A stretch of DNA of 63,552 nucleotides, filler included, from Reclinomonas americana ATCC 50394 (taxonomy: Eukaryota): the NCBI GenBank assembly GCA_048213135.1. It is 17 parts of 17 records of this genome, joined end to end, with 100 filler letters (N's around TTAATTAATTAA, not from the genome) between each part and the next. Parts side by side here need not be neighbours in the genome. Positions count along the whole stretch, not along the records: positions 59,893 to 62,180 come from AFZH01021231.1; positions 62,281 to 63,552 come from AFZH01021233.1; 15 more parts are not named here. One strand, given 5' to 3'. This document shows positions 60,007 through 63,552 of this stretch, in pieces (position 1 is the stretch's first letter; every line of letters begins with the position of its first letter). The notes beneath the pieces are model-generated. The model saw only the letters and a list, made by a program, of their open reading frames with translations, was not told the DNA's origin and searched no databases. Made by a program: the position numbers and the translations under genes.

Positions 60007-61312
60007 TTGCTGCTGTTGCTGCTGTTGCTTCTGTGCCTTGCGACCTCCGGAGCGGGAACCACGAGAGCGCACCAACGGGCGCAACTCGGCCGGCCCGTGG
60101 GCGAACCTACAATGCTCGCCGTACGGGCACTCGCCGCTCTCGTCCCACCGCCTGCACAGCTGTGTCTTGTACTTGAGTGAGAGCGCCGAGGCCTTGGTCT
60201 GTTGCGCGGGTGTGGAGCCGTCGCCACCAGCCGCGGCGGCAGTGACGCTGCTGGAGGAGAGCGCGGCCGAGGAGCTCGTTTCGGAGGCCTCCGAGGCCGC
60301 GTCGTCCATCGAGGCTTGCACGTAGGGTGCGACAGAGTCGAGGAGGGCGCTGCGGAGCTCGATCTGGGGGAGGGGGAGGTGAGGAAAAGGAGGGAGGGAG
60401 AAGGCGGAGGGGGAGGGGGAGGGAGAGGGAGAAGGGGGAGGCGGAGGGGGAGGGGAGGGGGAATGACAAGGGGAATGACAAGGGGGAAGGGGGAGAGGGA
60501 GAAGGGGAGGGGGAGGGAGAGGGAGAGGAAGGAGAAGGCGAGAAAGAGAAGGTGGATGGAGAAGGGAAGGAGAAGGCGAGAAAGGAAGGGGAAGGAGAAG
60601 AAGGAGTTGGAGGGCGACGGAAAAGGGGAAGGAGAATGGGAAGGAGATGGGGAAGGAGATGGGGGAATGGAGAAGAAGGGTAGGAGAAGGGGAAGGGTGA
60701 GGGTAAGCTGGAAGGGGAAGGAGATGGGTGAAGGGGAAGAAGGAGTTGGAGGGTGACGGAAAAGGATAGGAGAAGGACAGAAGAAGGGGGATGAAACAGA
60801 GGGAAGGATCAGGGGAAAGAAAAAAGAAGAAACAAGAGGAAGAACAGTGGAATGGTCAAGGAAGGCACGAGAGAGAGTGAGAGAGAGAGAGAGATGGACC
60901 CCTTCATCATCATCAATCGACTCACCAAATCGCGCTGCGCCGCCGAACCACCGGTGGGTGGCGTCGATGCAAACCCAAAACTCCCCATGGCGGCCGCCGC
61001 AACAGCCGCAGCAGTGGCCCGCTGGTAGTCCGACTGCGACGAACCCATGTGCGAGTACGACATGGATTCCACCAGCGAGCCGAACGAATCCGACACTGGC
61101 AGCGCCGGAAACGACATGCTCTGCGGCAGCATGTTGCCTCCTACCGATACTGCGGCAGCTGCGGCGGCGGCGGCGGAGGCGGGAGTGAAGGTGGGTGCGC
61201 CGACGGTGGCGGCCATTAATGCGTCGCTTGGTGGTCCGTAGGCGCCGGGGGCCATGTAGGTGGTGGAGTAGGGGTTCATGTTTTGTTGTTGGGCGAGTTT
61301 TTGCGTCAATGC
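59210..61312 (-). CDS. Tristetraprolin (TTP/ZFP36)-like CCCH zinc-finger RNA-binding protein (5' end not found)
   Basis: [32 protein letters not shown] (C-x8-C-x5-C-x3-H with YKT lead-in), poly-Gln tracts, and C-terminal RLQVFHHLA resembling the TTP NOT1-binding motif RLPIFNRIS. Confidence 0.8.
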
Positions 61313-62910
61313 CTGTGAAAGTGGGGAAGGGTGAGAAGGGGGAAGGGTGAGGGGGAAAGATAGAAGGGGGGGGGAGGGGGGGTGGATGGTGCAGAGAGAG
61401 TTCTCAATTACACAATTGCTTTGCTTCCCGATTACTCTCTCTCTCTCTCGTACAATCACTCACTCTCCAGTCAAACTCTCTCACTCAAACGCACACTGAC
61501 ACGCAGACATCTCTCCCTGTGGCACTCTCTAGGACACGCCTGTCACACTCATCTCTCACACGGAAACACACACACACGCACATGTGCGTGTAAGTGAGAG
61601 AGAAAAGGGAGAGGCCAGGGAGGAATTGGGGTTGACTGCGGGAAGAGAATACGAGTATGAGAGAGGGATGGGAGAGAGCGAGACGTGTTGGTCTGCCCGA
61701 GAGACAGGAGGCAGGGTGTGCGAGAACGACAGCATGAATCACTCCCTCTCCGTCACTCTCTCCGAGACTCGCACACTCATGGGCTCCCCTCTCTCTAACC
61801 CAGACACACACACACGCACACACACTATTTGCCTCTCTTTCGATCTCCACTTCTCCTTCCAATCTCCTCTCCTCCACCATCAGCATCTCCGCCCGCTCTC
61901 CACTCATTTTCTCTCGCGCAGGCGCTCAAGACTCACTCCCTCATAGTCGCTGTGGATGAGAGAGAGAGAGAGAGACAGAGAGACACAGTGTGCGTGTCTG
62001 GGAGAGATAGACACACACCGTCCCCACTCGCTCAACCCTTACATTCCCTCCCCCATCTCCTGCCTTTACCTCCCATGCTCTCCCATTCTCTTCTGTCTCT
62101 CTCTCTCACACACACACTGCATCTCCTCTGAAGGTCTCTCTCTCTCCCTCGCGCTCCCACTCCCCCTCTTTCTCCTCTCANNNNNNNNNNNNNNNNNNNN
62201 NNNNNNNNNNNNNNNNNNNNNNNNTTAATTAATTAANNNNNNNNNNNNNNNNNNNNNNNNNNNNNNNNNNNNNNNNNNNNCTTCCCGTCACTGACTGATC
62301 CCTTGCTTCTCAGTCGCTCACTCGCATAAGTCTTCTTTCCTTGTCTTCCATTAATGTTCTCGTGTCTTCGTTCTCCTCCTCTCACTCACTATACATGCCC
62401 CATTCCTCCCTTCCTTGCCTTCCATTATGGTTCTCACCTCTCGTTCTTCTCCTCTACCTCAATGTATGTGCCTTTCCTCCCTTCCTTGCCTTCCATTAAT
62501 GTTTCTCGTCTCTCCTTCTCCTCCTCTCACTCATTATGCATGCCTCATTCTCTCTTCCTTGTCTTCCATTAGTGTTCTCGTCTCTCGTTCTTCCCGTTTC
62601 TCTCTTCCTTGTCTTCCATTAATGCTTCTTGTGTCTCCTCCTCTCACTCATTCCTCTCTTCCTTGCCTTCCATTATGGTTCTCACCTCTCGGTCTTCTCC
62701 TCTACCTCAATGCATGTGCCTTTTCCCCTCTTCTTTCTCTGCTATCAGTGCTTCACGTCTATCCTCCTCTCCTGCTTCCTCCATGCATGCCCTTTCCCAC
62801 TCTTCCTTGCCTTGATCCTTTGCATTCTCTTCCCAGTTTCTCCTCCCCTGACTCACTCTTTTCTCCCTCTCCTCTTCTCGCCACTCCACCCATTCCCATC
62901 ATCTGCGCAG

Positions 62911-63267
62911 GTGGCACTGGCGGCCATCATGGGTCGCGCCGTGCACATTACCAACATTCGTGCCAATCGTTTCGTTACATCGCCTAACCGCTCTGCTCTC
63001 TCACTCTCACGCATTGCCTTCTTGCAGGTCCCAAGGGAGGTGCGTTACATCACCACTCTTGGAGTCCTCGACGTGCTGTTGCCAATTACCGACCACTCGT
63101 TGATTGACTGCAGGCGGTCTGAAGGCGCAGCACCTGGCGGGCATTGTGGCCGTGGCCAAGGTCTGCAATGCGCACGTGGAGGGCGCGGAGATTGGCGCGA
63201 CGACGTTGCTTTTCGTTCCCGGACGGATCGCGGAGGGGGCGATTGAGGCCGACACGAAGACTGCAGG
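62911..63267 (+). CDS. RTCA: RNA 3'-terminal phosphate cyclase, internal exons
   Basis: Exons 62911-62968, 63028-63039, 63114-63267 give VALAAIMGRAVHITNIRANRPKGGGLKAQHLAGI...VEGAEIGATTLLFVPG...ADTKTAG, which is the RtcA rather than the Rcl1 pattern. Confidence 0.88.
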
Positions 63268-63552
63268 GTGCGTCTTTGTCAGGAACTGCCCACCTTGGTT
63301 GCCTTTCTTGTCTCACTCCATGTTGTCCCTTCCCCTTGTCGTCCTTCCCTCTCTCGCATCGATTCTTTTCGTTCCGTCTGTTCCCACTTGTTGCACGTCG
63401 TCCTCTTCACTCGTTGTTGTTTTTTCGCCGTACTCTCTCCCGTCCCTCCCCCTTCCCTTTTCTTCTGTTCTCTTCCTCCCTTCTTTTCCCTTCCCTTCTC
63501 CCGTCCCTTCTCCCGTCCCTTCTCTTCCCCTTCCCTTCCCTTCTCCCTTTCT

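Overview
Intron-rich, GC-rich eukaryotic (most likely protist) scaffold in the standard genetic code, broken by 16 artificial 100-nt gaps (N44-TTAATTAATTAA-N44). Several genes splice straight across these gaps. Housekeeping genes rebuilt from exons: MCM10, ATG7, FANCJ/BRIP1 helicase, a cullin C-terminus, RNA 3'-phosphate cyclase (RTCA), a PLP-dependent Cys/Met-metabolism enzyme, a TTP-like CCCH protein, an ankyrin/coiled-coil protein and an atypical Rab-like GTPase. The most interesting content looks like an innate-immunity or recognition repertoire with three parts. (1) An IFI27/ISG12-like gene. (2) Next to it, a tandem array of five intronless 7-bladed WD40 genes (two damaged) sharing an unknown ~60-aa tail with an F-box/PRANC-like LPE motif, with a methyltransferase embedded in the array. 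(3) About 40 kb away, an NLR-like NACHT-pentapeptide-14xWD40 gene built from the same 42-aa repeat family. Its N-terminal region carries LTLRGG|GCGASR, a ubiquitin-like cleavage site directly followed by a cryptic myristoylation/palmitoylation N-terminus. All exon structures are manual predictions from splice signals and frame consistency, with no transcript or database support.
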